Positions 51,069 through 64,000 of a stretch of DNA of 64,000 nt are shown one piece after another (the first letter of the stretch is position 1; the number at the start of each line of letters is the position of its first letter). The notes under the pieces are model-generated. The model was given only the letters and a program-made list of their open reading frames with translations. It made no database searches and had not been told where the DNA came from. The DNA lies in NCBI RefSeq assembly GCF_032191835.1, contig NC_083226.1:38688001-38752000 (forward strand), in the 5' to 3' direction. This DNA is from Heteronotia binoei. Its lineage: Eukaryota. The translations under genes and the position numbers were made by a program.

Positions 51069-51847
51069 CTGCTTAGGAAGGTGCCATTATTGAGCAGCTC
51101 CTCCAACTTCAGAGATCTGCCCAGGCTGAAAACTGCATTTTTAGCAAAAGCTGAGGGTCCCCCCCCCCCTCCAGGAAGATGAATTCCATAAAGTATACCC
51201 CAGTCTGCAGCTGTTCTGTACTCTTGCAGTATCACAGCATAAACTCAGCCCTGTTCTACAGGTGGGTGCACACTTCATCCATGATCACTACATGTTTTCT
51301 CAGAATGGCTGTGTGCACCACGGGTGTATCACACTGATAGTCCTGATGAATTGGAGTTTCCATGCCAGTGGAACTGCTTTCAGAAACATATGGCATTGGT
51401 AAAGAAAGTATGCCTCTGGAGAAGTACCCATGTGTGCTGAGTATTACATCCCCAGTGTCTTGAGCAGGCAGATGTGGACAACATGTACACTGACCCTACA
51501 GCTTTGAAATACTTAGCCCTTAAAGCAACAGGGGGAATACAGGGGTAGACCTGCTGTCATCTCTGCCATTTAACAGACTGTTTTGAACATATGTTCAATA
51601 ATAATATGGGACACTATCCATTCTAGGCCTGAAAGGTGTGGCTAGCACCAGTTGCATCAGCTTCTGTAGGATAACAGCTGCTTCTCTTTCACAGTATGCA
51701 CCATTCTGCTAACATAAAATGCTTGGCACTTTGGGAAGAGCTGCATTGGGGGCAGGGCACAGTAGTCTGCTTGTCTGTGTGGCTAATTAACCATTCACAT
51801 GCTTTTTGTTGTTATAACATGCACTTCCTCTCTTGTTTCCATTCAAG

Positions 51848-52584
51848 CATTGTACGGCATGGAAATTAATGTGGAGAAAGACAAACAGACAGGAGAGACC
51901 AAGATTCTCTCTACATCCCCCATTGGCCCAGAAGGAGCCCATCAAAGAGGAATCAAAGTCTATGACGATGGTACCAAAGTAGTCTATGAGATGCACCCTG
52001 GAGGTGCAGTGATAGAAAACGGAGTACATAAGTTGAGCTCAAAGGACGTAGATGAACTTATTCAGAAAGCTGGACAATCAAGCATAAGAGGAGGGACTGT
52101 ATCAGAGAGGAACACAATAGCTGATGGAAACCTCAGCCATATGAAGGAACAGATGCTCTTCAAGGAGGCGAAACTAGAGATGGTGCACAAATCTAGCAAA
52201 AGACATTCCGGGAACCCTCGACACCAAGCAAAGCTCTCTGGGGATGAAGTCCCAGAAGCCAGTTCAGATCACCCTGTCACAATGATATTTATGGGTTACC
52301 AAAACATTGAAGATGAAGAGGAGACCAAAAAAGTGCTGGGCTACGATGAGACAATCAAGGCCGAACTGGTCCTCATTGACGAAGATGATGAGAAGTCCTT
52401 GCGTGAGAAGACTGTGACAGATGTGTCAACCATGGATGGAAACGCAGCTGAGTTAGTTTCTGGGAGACCCACCTCGGACACAACAGAACCCTCCTCACCG
52501 GAGGGGAAAGAAGAGAGTCTACCGATGGAAAAAGTCCCAGGTACAGAAAAGAAAAAGCGCTGTCAATGCTGTATTGTCATGTGA
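51848..52584 (+). CDS. PALM2: Paralemmin-2 terminal coding exon with polybasic, di-Cys and CaaX membrane anchor
   Basis: Acceptor cttgtttccattcaag, phase 1. Reads ALYGMEINVEKDKQTGETKILSTS...PVTMIFMGYQNIEDEEETKKVLGYDETIKAELVLIDEDDEKSLREK...KKKRCQCCIVM-stop. Contains the paralemmin motifs MEINVEKD and PVTMIFMGY. Confidence 0.97.
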
Positions 52585-55500
52585 CCACTTCTTCCTTTTC
52601 TTCCTCTTCTTCCGAGCAGCACGTGCTCCATCACTCCCTTAGACCTCACTGTATTTTTCTAACTGCAGTACTGTGAACTGGAAGGGACTGCCTCCAATGC
52701 CTTGCAGTTGGGTTGCTCTGATTTTTTTTCTCTAGCTCTTCAAGGGAGATTGAGTTGTGAAAATAATGATTGCTCACCCGATGCACTGTTTTAGAATTAT
52801 TTTTCAAAGGTGAGACATAAGCAGAAAGTGAACAAAAACACTTTCCTATTTGAAACAGATCTATATATATATATCTACCTATAAATATATAATATATGAA
52901 TATGCATAGGTGGCTGTGTGTAAATGTGCATATTTATGTATTAAATATATTTATAAAACATATAAATGTATATGAAGAATTTTACTTTATATATCTAGCA
53001 GGTATGATCAGCCTCCCAGGATTTTTGCAGGACAGTTTCACATCTGTGTGAGCCTTAAACTGCATTTTAATGAATTTTTTAAATAGTTTTGTGTTGCTTT
53101 TTTTTACTGGAGCAAGGGGAGAGGGCCTTTGGTCATGCTGTTGTTTTGCTGTCGTAACATTCAGGCCCCTTCCTTTCCAAATATGACTTTGCATCTTGGA
53201 AGTCTGTAAACTGTTCAACAAGACTTCTTCACGTGTAGGTTTCAATAAATTGCTGGGGGTTGTGAAGGGATATTCAATCCACCAAGGACTTATGCTGTGT
53301 AAACACTAAGTCTGCCTGGCTTTGCAAGGGACTTCTGCAGAAGTTCTGTTGAGCAGATTGAACTTTTCACAGCACAAGTATTTGGTTAATTGATGGTATA
53401 GAATCCCATGTGGGTAACTCTGTTGGCTTCAATGGAACTTGTGTATGCAACTGTGTGCTGAATAGCGGCCTTGGAGTTGAAGGTGTCACATCAAAATCTC
53501 AACATTGGTCATCACCATGGATCAATGTGTAATCCCAGACTGAGACTGAAAAAAAGTTTGGCCTTTTCCAAATCTTCCAGCTTACAGTATTGTGAATCTG
53601 TTGCATCTCCTTACATTCAAACTTAACTAAGCATGCGGTGAAAAAGGTCCAGCAGTAGCCACAACTAAAACATAGATACTGAGTTTTAATTCCTTGGCTT
53701 TCAATAACAGTGTCTGCATTGGTTTGTGGACTGGCTGCTGTGCCCTGATATATGATCGTTGGTTTAATGTACGCATAATATATTTCAAATAGTTCCTGTG
53801 AAAAGAATGCAGAACAGCCTCTGGTTTTTCAAGGTGAAAAGGACTCATTTCTCAATATGTACCTGTAATCATGTAAGTGTAGCCTATAGAGTATTGTTTT
53901 CACCTTTGACCTGGATAGTGGGAGCAGCAAAATCAAAATGGAAGTGGAAAGTGCCATCCAGTCACAGCTGACTTATGGTGACCCTGTAGGGTTTTCAAGG
54001 CAAGCGACGTCCAGAGGTGGTTTGCCATTGTCTGCCTCTGCAAAAATTGAAATCTGATATGCAAGACCCTACTGGTTAAATTATTGGTAACTATGTACTA
54101 ACATCAAGCAATTCAGAGATCTATCTAGCTTCATTGACTGACATTCCTTCTAAATTGTCTCCCTTGTTTTCATAAAAAGCTCAGCAAAATAGCCCTTCGC
54201 TTTCTCATTTTAGTGTCAGAAATGCTCTGTGAAATGTAAAAGAGGTCTCACAGTAAAAGAAAAATCCTCTGCCTAGTTTTGCTATCTCATTGGACATATT
54301 CAGAGACTGTTTTCCTGCAAGAATTGCTCCTGGGAAGAGCATGAAATGGGCCCTGGGGACAGATGAACTCCATCCCTTGCTGTCACCACCACAGAAGTAA
54401 AGAACAAGTAGACGATCCCATGATTATTTGATCATGGGACCTCTCCTGATCCTGTGTGAGATCAATATGATCTGACCCTAAAGAGCGTTTCTTCTAATGC
54501 AGGGATATCCCATATTCTGAAAATAGCAGGATCATATTTACTTCTCCCATGGTGAGATAAGCACAAGAGCAGTGAGGAAATGTGTGTTGATGTGTGTGTG
54601 GGAGTGAGTGTGAATGAGCCTCAGGCCCTCTCACAGTCTCTCCCCAGGGACAAACAATATCTGAACAGGCCCATTATTTCAAAGAAGCATTTCTTGATAA
54701 ATGTACCCATGGCGGATTCACAAATGAGCAGATGTCACATCTTTTTCAGTCTGTAATCTTGCAGAACTCCCATATGAAGTCCACTGGGGTTAAAGCTTTC
54801 ATAAGAATTTTGATAGAAAACCCTTGCTCATTTTTTAAAGGCATCTTAGCCTTCTGTTGAAATCTCGTGGAAGGAAGGATGGGTGGATCTCCTGGAACTG
54901 GAGGCTGTTGGAAAATAATAGATTCTTATCATGACTACAGTGAGCCTCTTTATAAACTGCATTCCACTGGTATTTTGTCCCATTATCCAGTGGAGACACC
55001 CCCATACTAATATATGTGATATTTCAATTAGAAACTGTACTTTCTAGTGGCATTATAATAACTTCAGCCAAGGAGGAATTTCATACCTTGGAATAAATCT
55101 AAGAGAAGACTCAACAACAGCCTCTTCCAGAGGTGGAGGTTGTTTTTCACAGTGTACCTGTTCTCTCTTGAATGGTGCTTTTACTGTATTCACTGTTAGC
55201 TTTAAACTTCGTGTGAAACGACGTTTTTGCTCTGAACTCTTTTCTTTCTGTGCCATTAGGAACGATGCCTAGGCATGGTAGCTTTTCATGTAAGAAATGC
55301 CAGAATGGAAGCAGTAAGATCGATGAGACATTCTGGTCTTCAGAAAACATTTCCTTGGCAGTATGTTGTGCTTGGTTTCCATTTGAACTTATTTCCACAG
55401 AAGCATGCATAGGATCATAGTCTTCTAAAGGTAGATTGGATCATCACAGAAGAGATAACATCATCCAGCCAGATCAGGACTCCATAGCTAAATGATCATA

Positions 55501-56723
55501 GAGACCATAGTCGCAGTGTATCATAGAGAAATCAAAGAAACCAATCACAATGAACTTATAGTGACACAGATGGACAGGGCAAATCAGTTAATATCCTTCT
55601 AAGTCCATGAAAATGGGAGAAGTGCATGTTAGAGTAATAGAAAGGCAAAAGCATCAATGGCCATGTGGAACTATTTCCATACTTAGATATTGGCTTTAGA
55701 ATGCCAAACTGGAAGACAATTTCAAAGTTTTGCCCAGTCCTTTTAAATGGGCAGCGTAATTTCTGCATCATTAACAGCTTCACAACCACCATGTGAAGCT
55801 GGTATCTAGTAGGTAGCTGTGTCAGTCTGTAGGGGGGGGGGGGTGGAATTAAGTCCAGTAATATCTTAGAGATCCACAAAATGTACCAGGCTCTAAGCTT
55901 TCAGAAAGCAAAACTCACTTTGTCAGACATGAAGCCATGAAGCTGGATACTCTTATGCCCCAAACACCAAGTGGTATATTAGTGGGGTTTCCATTCTACC
56001 ACTGGGAGTGGGGATTCCCCTGATTTTGGGGCCTCCAACCCACTGCCATGGAAATGATGACCATAGTGTCCACCCCCAAATGATAGAGCATCCCCCACTC
56101 AATGCCCAGCACAATGATGTCACTTCCAGGTGATGTCATTGCAAAGCACAAACAAAGAAGACTCTGAGGGAGAGGACCACAGTCCCCCACCAGCAGCCCA
56201 TTAAAACCTGGCAACCCTATATGTTAATGGCCATGTTGTGTGCCTCTGAATGAACTTCTCTTGAACCCATGTCTTATAGTCTGATGAAGGAAATGCCACC
56301 AATTAGTATTTTGACAGGGGCTTCATATCCCTTTGAAATTTAATAAAATAGCAGAGCTTGCTGACCTCCCAAAATTACAGCCAGTCTCCAGATGACAGAG
56401 ACCAGCTCCCATGAAGAAAATGGCTGATTTGGAGAGTAGATTTTATGACATTATAAGCCCTGCCCTTCACCTCCAGAATCTCCAACAAAGAGTTGGCAAC
56501 CTTAATTGAAATGGCACAGCAAAGTTTAATGCTTAATGGTAAGGCAGAGCACAAAATACAGACCACTGTATGATGCATCACAGACCTGGAATTTCCATGA
56601 TTGCCTCAGATTAATAATGCCTCAAATAAGCAACATCTTGGATGTATTAGTGCACTCCAGTCCATTTTAAACCAGAGGCATTCCAGTTTTTAGTGGGTAG
56701 TATCAGAACTCTTTTCCAGAGAC

Positions 56724-56892
56724 CAAGGCTTTTTTTTGTAGCAGGAACTCCTTTGCATATTAGGCCACGCACCCCTGATGTAGCCAATCCTCCAAGAGCT
56801 TACAGGACCTACTATAACCTCCAGGACGATTGGCTACATCAGGGGGTGTGCCCTAATATGCAAAGGAGTTCCTGTTACAAAAAAAAGCCCTG
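56724..56892. mobile_element. Palindromic hAT MITE (CAGGGCTTTTT family)
   Basis: Perfect TSD CCAGAGAC (56716-56723 / 56893-56900). The element is nearly one long inverted repeat. Confidence 0.85.
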
Positions 56893-59800
56893 CCAGAGAC
56901 TAGTTATTATCAAGCAAAACAAACTACCAAAAAAAAGTAGCAAAGATCTATCCAAAGTTAAGCACATTTACCGTGCTATCATAAGAACATGTCCCAGGGA
57001 GTAAGCCCATTGAGTAGGATTCTGAGCAGCACTCTTTGGATCACACATCCTAGTGAAGTCAACCAGCCTTGATTTTTCTACAATGGTTAATTAAATCTGC
57101 ATTCCAAAGTATAAAAATATAGAGCATAATCAAAAGCTGCCACAGAGTTCTAATATATGCATGATCCAGATGATCAAAGGCATGACCTTTTCATTTAAAT
57201 CCCCAACATGAAAGTTAATTGAATATCTCATATATGAATTGAGGTAGCTGATTTGAGATATATATTTATTATATCATTGCTGAATGTGGGGCTAATTTGG
57301 TTTCTTCCCCATTGTTTTTACCTCTAGAAATAGAAAGTCCAGTCAATCCAAAATCACTGAAAGAGTTGATGGCTAGTTTTCATGATAGATAGTCAGTCAT
57401 TTGTAGATCACTTCAGCTATCATGCTTTTCCCAAAGAAATCTGGGGAATATCATTGGGGAAGAGGGCTGAGACTTCGTGTTTCTCAGTTTATTGCATCTT
57501 TCCATACTAGGGGCCTCAGCGTTCCCTGGGAAGAATGTTAAACCAGCTGCAAGACTCTAATGTTGGTATGCTCTTAGCCTAGATGGTTTATCAACAAGAT
57601 GGCTCTACCTTTTTAACCAGTACTATGATCATATGTTTGTCATTCCAGCACAGAAAATATTCAAAGCAAGAAACTTAGCCAGAAATGATTAATGATTGTT
57701 TGGCACAATGAATATTTTGCCTTAACTTTTGTAAATAAGAAAAGAAGGGGTGAAAAATCTTTTCAGCATGTTTTCCTAGGCTAAATAACTTGTACAATTT
57801 TTAAAATATTTTGTATTTTCCAACTTTCTACAACTATACCAGATTTTAGTTTTCACGTTGATTTCTCCCCTAAAAATTATGTCATTCTTTTCTGATTTAA
57901 AGAAAAAGAAACATAAGAGACTGTAACCATACTGACCAAGCCGTTCCTTTTGATTGATGGAATACCAATGCAGAAAGAAAAGAATTACAGGGTTGTTTAC
58001 TCTACTTGGTTTCCTGTGGCTGATGTACTGTATAGTATACGTTTACATAACTCCTCCGGTTTGCCTTTGTGATGTTATCGAAATGAATGACAAACTAGGT
58101 ATGATGTGCCATTGGACAGGTTGCCTTAGCACTCTTGAATTTTAATTCTCTCCCTACCCCATCGTTTTCTTTCCCCCGAAATGCAGGCTGTGTTCCAAAG
58201 CTGCATACGCACAACATTCTCTTTCTGTTTTCCTCTCTATCTGAAAAGGCACAATTATCTCTTTCAGAAATATCTAGGATGGCACATTCTTGGACTTCAG
58301 CTATAAGCTGCCATTCATTTTGCTGTAATATAAAAGACTGGGGGAAAGTTGGACGTTATATACTGATTATCCATTGGTGGCATTCTAGCGCAAGGTGTAC
58401 AATGCAGCTTAGAGCCTCAGATGATGAGGCTATTATCAGTTTTTAAATTTTAGAAAAATGCACATTTTTTGTAATGCTATGGGGAACTTCTTAAATGTGG
58501 CATTGCTTAGGGCTGTCCAGCCCTGGTGGCATTACTTTGCCAGCTTGCTAAAAACAGGTGACCATTTATCAATCAGTAATTTACCAAGCCACACATGATA
58601 AACGGGTCATCTGTAGATTCTTGCTCAGTCATGAGGAAGATTTTACAATTCCCCTGTTTCCTGAGACTCCTGATTGGATGTGCAAATAAGGTAGAGTTCG
58701 CTTGGCCAGTTGGCATGGCAATACAAAGGCTTTGCCAAGATTAGTTCCTACTTCATTAATGTCTGTATTCACCTCTGTCTTTGTGACAACTGTGGTGATG
58801 ATTGTTTGACTGATAGCAACAAACAACTCAGAACAAAACTTATACTGAGGTGAGGGTGAATTTAACAAATGCAAAGCAAAGTTTTCATCACTAGATGTTG
58901 ACTTTCAGGGAAGCCTATATATCACTGCCAACCATCTAGAAAGGAATTCTTATTTTCTTTTTCTCTGTGTGTCCTCTGTTGATCTTTAACACACACACCC
59001 CAGTACAGCTTGCATGTCCTTAAATTTGATGAGTAAAACAAACCTAACAAAAGCAGGGACATTCATTTATTTTAAAACATACACCCCAGTTTTTAAGCTT
59101 TTGCTTATCAAAGCAAGTAAACTCTTTAGGAGTAATAGAAGGGATTGCTGAATGCTTTCATCAGTTCTGCCCTATAAACGTCCCTCCACCAACATTTTCC
59201 ACCAGTCACGTTTATGTCCTGTCTCAATGGGGGGAGAGTAGCGGGGTTAATAACGTAAATGTGTGTGAAGTCTCACCTAAATATTTGGGCCCGCATATAT
59301 TTTAGGAGCACTGACATAAGAAGTGGGTAGGAGAAATTTTACGTTTATTATCATATCTTGAATATAAGACACTGATCATGAATCTGATTAAATCAGGTAT
59401 CAAAATAGGGATCTAAACAGTAGAAATACTTTATAAAAATCTGTTTTTCTCCTCTAACAGCAGGTCACAACTAGTTGTTAAGAAAATCCTGCTGTCTTTT
59501 CATGTTTTCCCCAGTGTTTTCATTTGATAGAGAAAACATGTCCAGAGGAAAATAAGCTATTACCACTAAAGGCTGAAGGTTATAATTCCTACATTATGCG
59601 TATTGTTATTTTCATAGTTATAAATGTAGAGGCTTCCACCAACAGTTTGTATGTATTAATACAGGAGCCAGGGGATACTTTCATGAGCAACAGGAGCCAA
59701 GCCTTTAAAAAGCACAAGTGTCTCTCTGTATTGCTTCATTAAAGGCACAGAGTCTGTCTGACTGCAACAGCAATTTGTTGTATGTACAAATGTGCCTCAC

Positions 59801-61353
59801 CAGGGCTTGCATTGCATCAGGGATCAGTGCCTATTAGCAGTGGCCAAAGCCCACACCACAATGGGGACCCACTGCCAGCCATCAGGCCCCTGCTACAACT
59901 ACTGGACACTGCCTCCCATGCTTACACTGTCCTGGGCATTAGTGGGAACTGCACTGAGCTATAGACGAGGAAGACCAAATGGATGAAAGCAACAACAAGG
60001 AGCAGGCCTTTTGAGGGCACTTCACCAAAGGCTTCCTTTGTAACCTGACCCAATCACATAGAATCAAGGGGTGGAGCCTCTTCTAACATGAGAAGGAATA
60101 CAGGAGAACCTCCCCCCCTCCCCCTGGCTTTTCTCCTTTTTGCATCACTTTCCAAATTGTTTTCTCTTAGTGGAGCAGAGCTGCTGGGAGGTAGTGATTA
60201 TATGCCTATCATGTCACAAATAACTACGGCAACCACAGCAAGGAGCTTTCACAGACAGTGAGGCACAGAGGTGGGCTGCCATTGCCTTTCTCTTCAGAGT
60301 CTTCCTTGGTGTTCTCCTTTCTAAATACCAACCTTGCTTAGCTTCTAAGATCTTACAAAACTCAGCTTTCCACATCTCAGGTAATGATTAGCACAGCAAA
60401 ATTGCAACTGTTGTGGTCACCTTGGGGAGCCCATGGAGTTGAGTAGTCATGTAATTTGTTCTCATATGATGTTTAGCTTGAGTCTTGGTGGTGAGAGGAA
60501 ATTTTTGTCTGAGTGGTCATAGTGGCCCTTGGTAGCCCTGCAGCAGACCATAGTTTTAGCTTCAGTACTGGAGTTTGCTGAAGAAAAGAGGGCGGGGGGA
60601 GATTTAGGGTGCAATCACATGAGCTATTTGGCCTGCCATAGCCACCCCTCCCCTCCAAATCAAACAGGCATGTTCACACACACACATCTGGCCTCCATGC
60701 CACTCCCACTCCTACCTTGTCCTGTGATGTCTTCCACACGCTTTAAATAGTCTCCAGTACTTCCCAGTAGCAAATTGTTGAAGCACTTGAATGTTGCATT
60801 TCTGGGCCATCTGAATGATCAGAATGTGCCATGCATGTACTCTGCATGTGCAGGAGCAGTCTGTAGAACAGCAGGAAGAAAATGTAGGGGAAATTGGTGT
60901 TGATAAAACCATAGACTTCCTGTAGAATCCTAGAGCAGCCCCTGGTGAAATGACATCACTTCTGGATTTGCTTTGGAAGGGACACTGCAGTCTCTTAGCA
61001 ACAGCAATTAACATGTCTCTGCTCCCCACAGAAACTTCTGTTGAGGTACAAGTGCTGTTCTAGTAACTCTAGATGGATTGAAGGGAGTTCTGTAATCTTT
61101 TAATGTCAACTGGAGCCACCCATATCCAGGAAATTGGTTCCAATACACCATCAGATCTAGTTTGGCCCTGAGCATTTCGATGATACTTTGATAATAAAAT
61201 ATTTTAAAATTTGGGCATTCAGAGAAAGTTAGATGTTTCTGCATCCGATAAAAATCCATTTGACAAGACTCTTGTGTAGTTCGCTCTAGATTGTCATGGG
61301 ATTGCTACTCTCCCCCCCCCCCCAAAGTGTTTTACAAGCAGAAATTCCCAACT

Positions 61354-61642
61354 GCAGGTTTGGTGTAGTGGTTAAGTGTGCGGACTCTTATCTGGGAGAA
61401 CCGGGTTTGATTCCCCACTCCTCCACTTGCACCTGCTAGCATGGCCTTGGGTCAGCCATAGCTCTGGCAGAGGTTGTCCTTGAAAGGGCAGCTGCTGTGA
61501 GAGCCCTCTCCAGCCCCACCCACCACACAGGGTGTCTGTTGTGGGGGAGGAAGGTAAAGGAGACTGTGAACCGCTCTGAGACTCTTCGGAGTGGAGGGCG
61601 GGATATAAATCCAATATCTTCTTCTTCTTCCAATATCTTCTT
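61354..61642 (+). mobile_element. tRNA-derived SINE with L2-like tail (Squam3-like)
   Basis: A box TGGTGTAGTGG, B box GGTTTGATTCC, tail gagggcgggatataaat plus (TTC)n. Antisense relatives at about 6952-7110 and 46511-46760. Confidence 0.78.
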
Positions 61643-62453
61643 ATTATGGAATATGTTCCTCCAGGGAGGAGATTTCCTTGAGTTTCCTCCCATAAAGGCA
61701 CAGGAATGAATCTTCTCCCCCCTGCTGTGTTCTGAGTCCAGCTGGGACTTTTATAATACCTTCCCCACAGCTGCTGTGTGACTGGGTGAAAAATGAGTTG
61801 GGTCCAGGAAACCAGGATTCTACTCATGAAAAAAACATAACGTGTGCTTTGGTTCTTTCATAGAAGCAGTCTTACTTAGGACTTACATTGAGTCACGTTA
61901 TATAGGCTGGGTTGTTAGTATTGCTAATTCAGTGGAGCATAAGCTCTTAATTGTGTACTTTATTTCTTTCCATTTCCTGAGGACTTGGGTTTACAGCACA
62001 TTAAACAGCTCCTATGAAGTTGTCATAGAAGTTGTCACTTCCCAGTGACAAGAGATTCTCAGTTCCCCAAACTGCCTATAGCATTTATAAGCAGCCATCA
62101 CATAATGAGAATTTCCATGCTTTCTCTAGCAATTGCCATGCGCAGGTAGGAAATGGGCAGGGTATAGCTTGCTGCAGAAAAGAGTTTTAGGAATATCCTT
62201 GGGGAAATTGTAACCTAAGCTCCACTACCTAATTTTCAACCGGAATTGTCTTACACGGAAAACACCAAAAGTGCAGTCTTCTCATCTGCAGTTGGGTGAG
62301 GTAGTGTTCAAATTTTAACTAGTGTAACCACATTCTATGTAGAATAGCTTTAAACTTCCACCAGTTGTGGCTATGAAGCCTCTATCTATAATAGGGCAGC
62401 AACTGAGTTTCACCCCTTATGCATTGTAAATACACACACACACATGTTTTCAT

Positions 62454-62671
62454 AGGCTGAATCCAGTGGTCATATCCCACAGGTGCAAGTCTCTTTCACC
62501 AGCAGAAGGCCTTGATTTTTACCATATTGCTCTCTGACTACACCCTCCTGAGCTCCCTAAAATGCTGTTCCTGGCATCCCCTGCGGGGTGAAGTGCTGAT
62601 TCCCATTGGAAGAGGGAATAAGCAAAAAGTTACCTACCTTCTGCTGGGGGAAGGATCTTTGGATTCAGCCT
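62454..62671. mobile_element. Old MITE, possibly Tc1/mariner-derived
   Basis: TIR AGGCTGAATCCA / TGGATTCAGCCT, with TA on the left flank. Confidence 0.45.
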
Positions 62672-63900
62672 TTGGTTTATAAGTATTGTCAAGAATGCAT
62701 GATGTCATGGAAGATCCCATTGCTGTAAATAACCAGACACAGTTGTTCATGCACAGTACCCACCTTAATAAGCATGTATTTTCAAGAGGCACTTCAGGAC
62801 ACATTGTCTGTACTGGTCGTAATAGTCTAGTTTAAATTATGGAGTGTCTTAAAGTGCTCAGTGCAACCAAAGCCGACTTCTAAGACCCACTGATGTTAAA
62901 GAGGAAAATGTTCTTTAATTTCCCTAATTGAAGCCAGTGGAATTTAACAGTGTGTTATCTTTGGTTGGATTGTAACCACACAATTTTTTTTTTTTTTTTA
63001 AAGAGGACTCCTCTCTTTCAGATTCTTTTCATGCACTTTAAGACTGGCCGATTGTAATTCTTTTTGCCCTATGGCTAGCCACAGTATGGCTATTCACTTT
63101 CATTTATTTACGCTATTTATAGTCCACCTTTCTCATTTGGATTCAAGGCACATACTGTGGTGAGATCTCCTGTAACTTCTGTTGAAGTTGTGCATGAAGA
63201 GGCTGCTCATTAACACAGAAAGTTCCATTCAGCAGCCATCTGCACTGCCCATTGCTCATTTTAAGATTACAGCAGTTATATTCTGCTCAGGATGTAAACT
63301 GCTTCGCTCAGAAGAGGGAAAAATTAGAGGGAACATTAATTTTAAGTACCAGACCAAGGCAATAAATAAATCCGTTTTTAAAAATTGGTAGAATTTTAGT
63401 GGCAAGTGCAATACTAGTTTTTAAAAGGACACACACACTCAATCTCTAAAAGATTTCCTATGTGCCATAAAAAATTGAAAAATCTGCATTGAGGCCCAAG
63501 AAAATGTTGTGTAAAATGCAGCTTTCTGCCGAATGTAAGTTGTGTGTGAGATTCTTCTTCCCTCTTTTTTTAAAGTTGCAGTTTAGTTTTTTTTAAAAAA
63601 CAACAACCACCCTCTTTCTTTGGAAGCCACTGTAAATAAAATCCCATTTTTACAGGGGAGAAAGAAAGACACTGCTGGGCTAACTACTGGATTAGGATTG
63701 CTGAAAAAAGCTGCTGTCCTTTGTAACCTGAAGTGTACTTTTTGAGACTGTATATGCTTTTTTCCTCCTTTTGTTTTCTTAGATAAAAAAAAAAAATCAA
63801 AGACACACAAATAAACAAAAAAAGATTTCCGAACACTGCCAGCAACAGCCATGCTGTAACTGTGGCTACTTTCTGTTTTTTTTCCTTCTCTCTGTATAGT

Positions 63901-63965
63901 ATTAAAAGTAAATAAAACTGCCTTTTCACTGCACCTATTCCTGTGTCTTTGTTCTGTTTTTACTC
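63901..63965 (+). terminator. Distal polyadenylation signal
   Basis: ATTAAA 63901-63906 and AATAAA 63911-63916. TGTA upstream (63894), CA dinucleotides 12-17 nt downstream, then a GU/U-rich tract ctgtgtctttgttctgttttt. Confidence 0.6.
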
Positions 63966-64000
63966 TTCTTCCTTCACTTTTCCAGACGGTCTATAATCTC

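Larger units (their letters stand above)
52585..63935 (+). other. PALM2: Putative long PALM2 3'UTR (~11.3 kb)
   Basis: No credible coding exon after the stop. AU-rich, four TGTAAATA motifs, ends at a strong poly(A) site. The extent is inferred; proximal AATAAA hexamers (e.g. 53244) also exist. Confidence 0.5.

Noticed and set aside
51799-51847. N-terminal MLFVVITCTSSLVSIQ of the 261-aa ORF
   Set aside because: This is intronic sequence upstream of the splice acceptor. PALM2 similarity starts at 51848.
61354-61430. tRNA gene
   Set aside because: The A and B boxes belong to a SINE head followed by a SINE body and tail. The same applies to 21620-21696.
52585-64000. AKAP2 coding exons
   Set aside because: No ORF resembling recalled AKAP2 sequence was found.

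Overview
Vertebrate genomic DNA from a squamate reptile (Sauria-SINE and Squam3-like SINEs suggest a gecko; inference). The window holds the 3' part of paralemmin-2 (PALM2, PALM2-AKAP2 locus) on the + strand. Four coding exons join in frame (32736-32850, a 22-nt microexon 36067-36088, a 105-nt symmetric exon 41528-41632, terminal exon 51848-52584) and end in a polybasic/CaaX tail KKKRCQCCIVM. A probable ~11.3-kb 3'UTR ends at a textbook poly(A) site near 63911-63940. The rest is intron filled with transposons. These include a young, complete but disabled 4648-bp Gypsy LTR element (tRNA-Ser PBS, 5-bp TSD), a young CR1 carrying a CpG-rich hAT MITE, many hAT MITEs with 8-bp TSDs, L2, RTE and SINE relics, and four Penelope-like fold-back elements with hammerhead-ribozyme motifs. 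The most unusual object is a ~700-bp fold-back at 31385-32086 whose two ~295-bp arms each carry an extended type-I hammerhead fold, each with a different lesion. Upstream PALM2 exons and AKAP2 exons were not found. All alignments and counts were done by eye, and family names are recalled from memory, not database hits.
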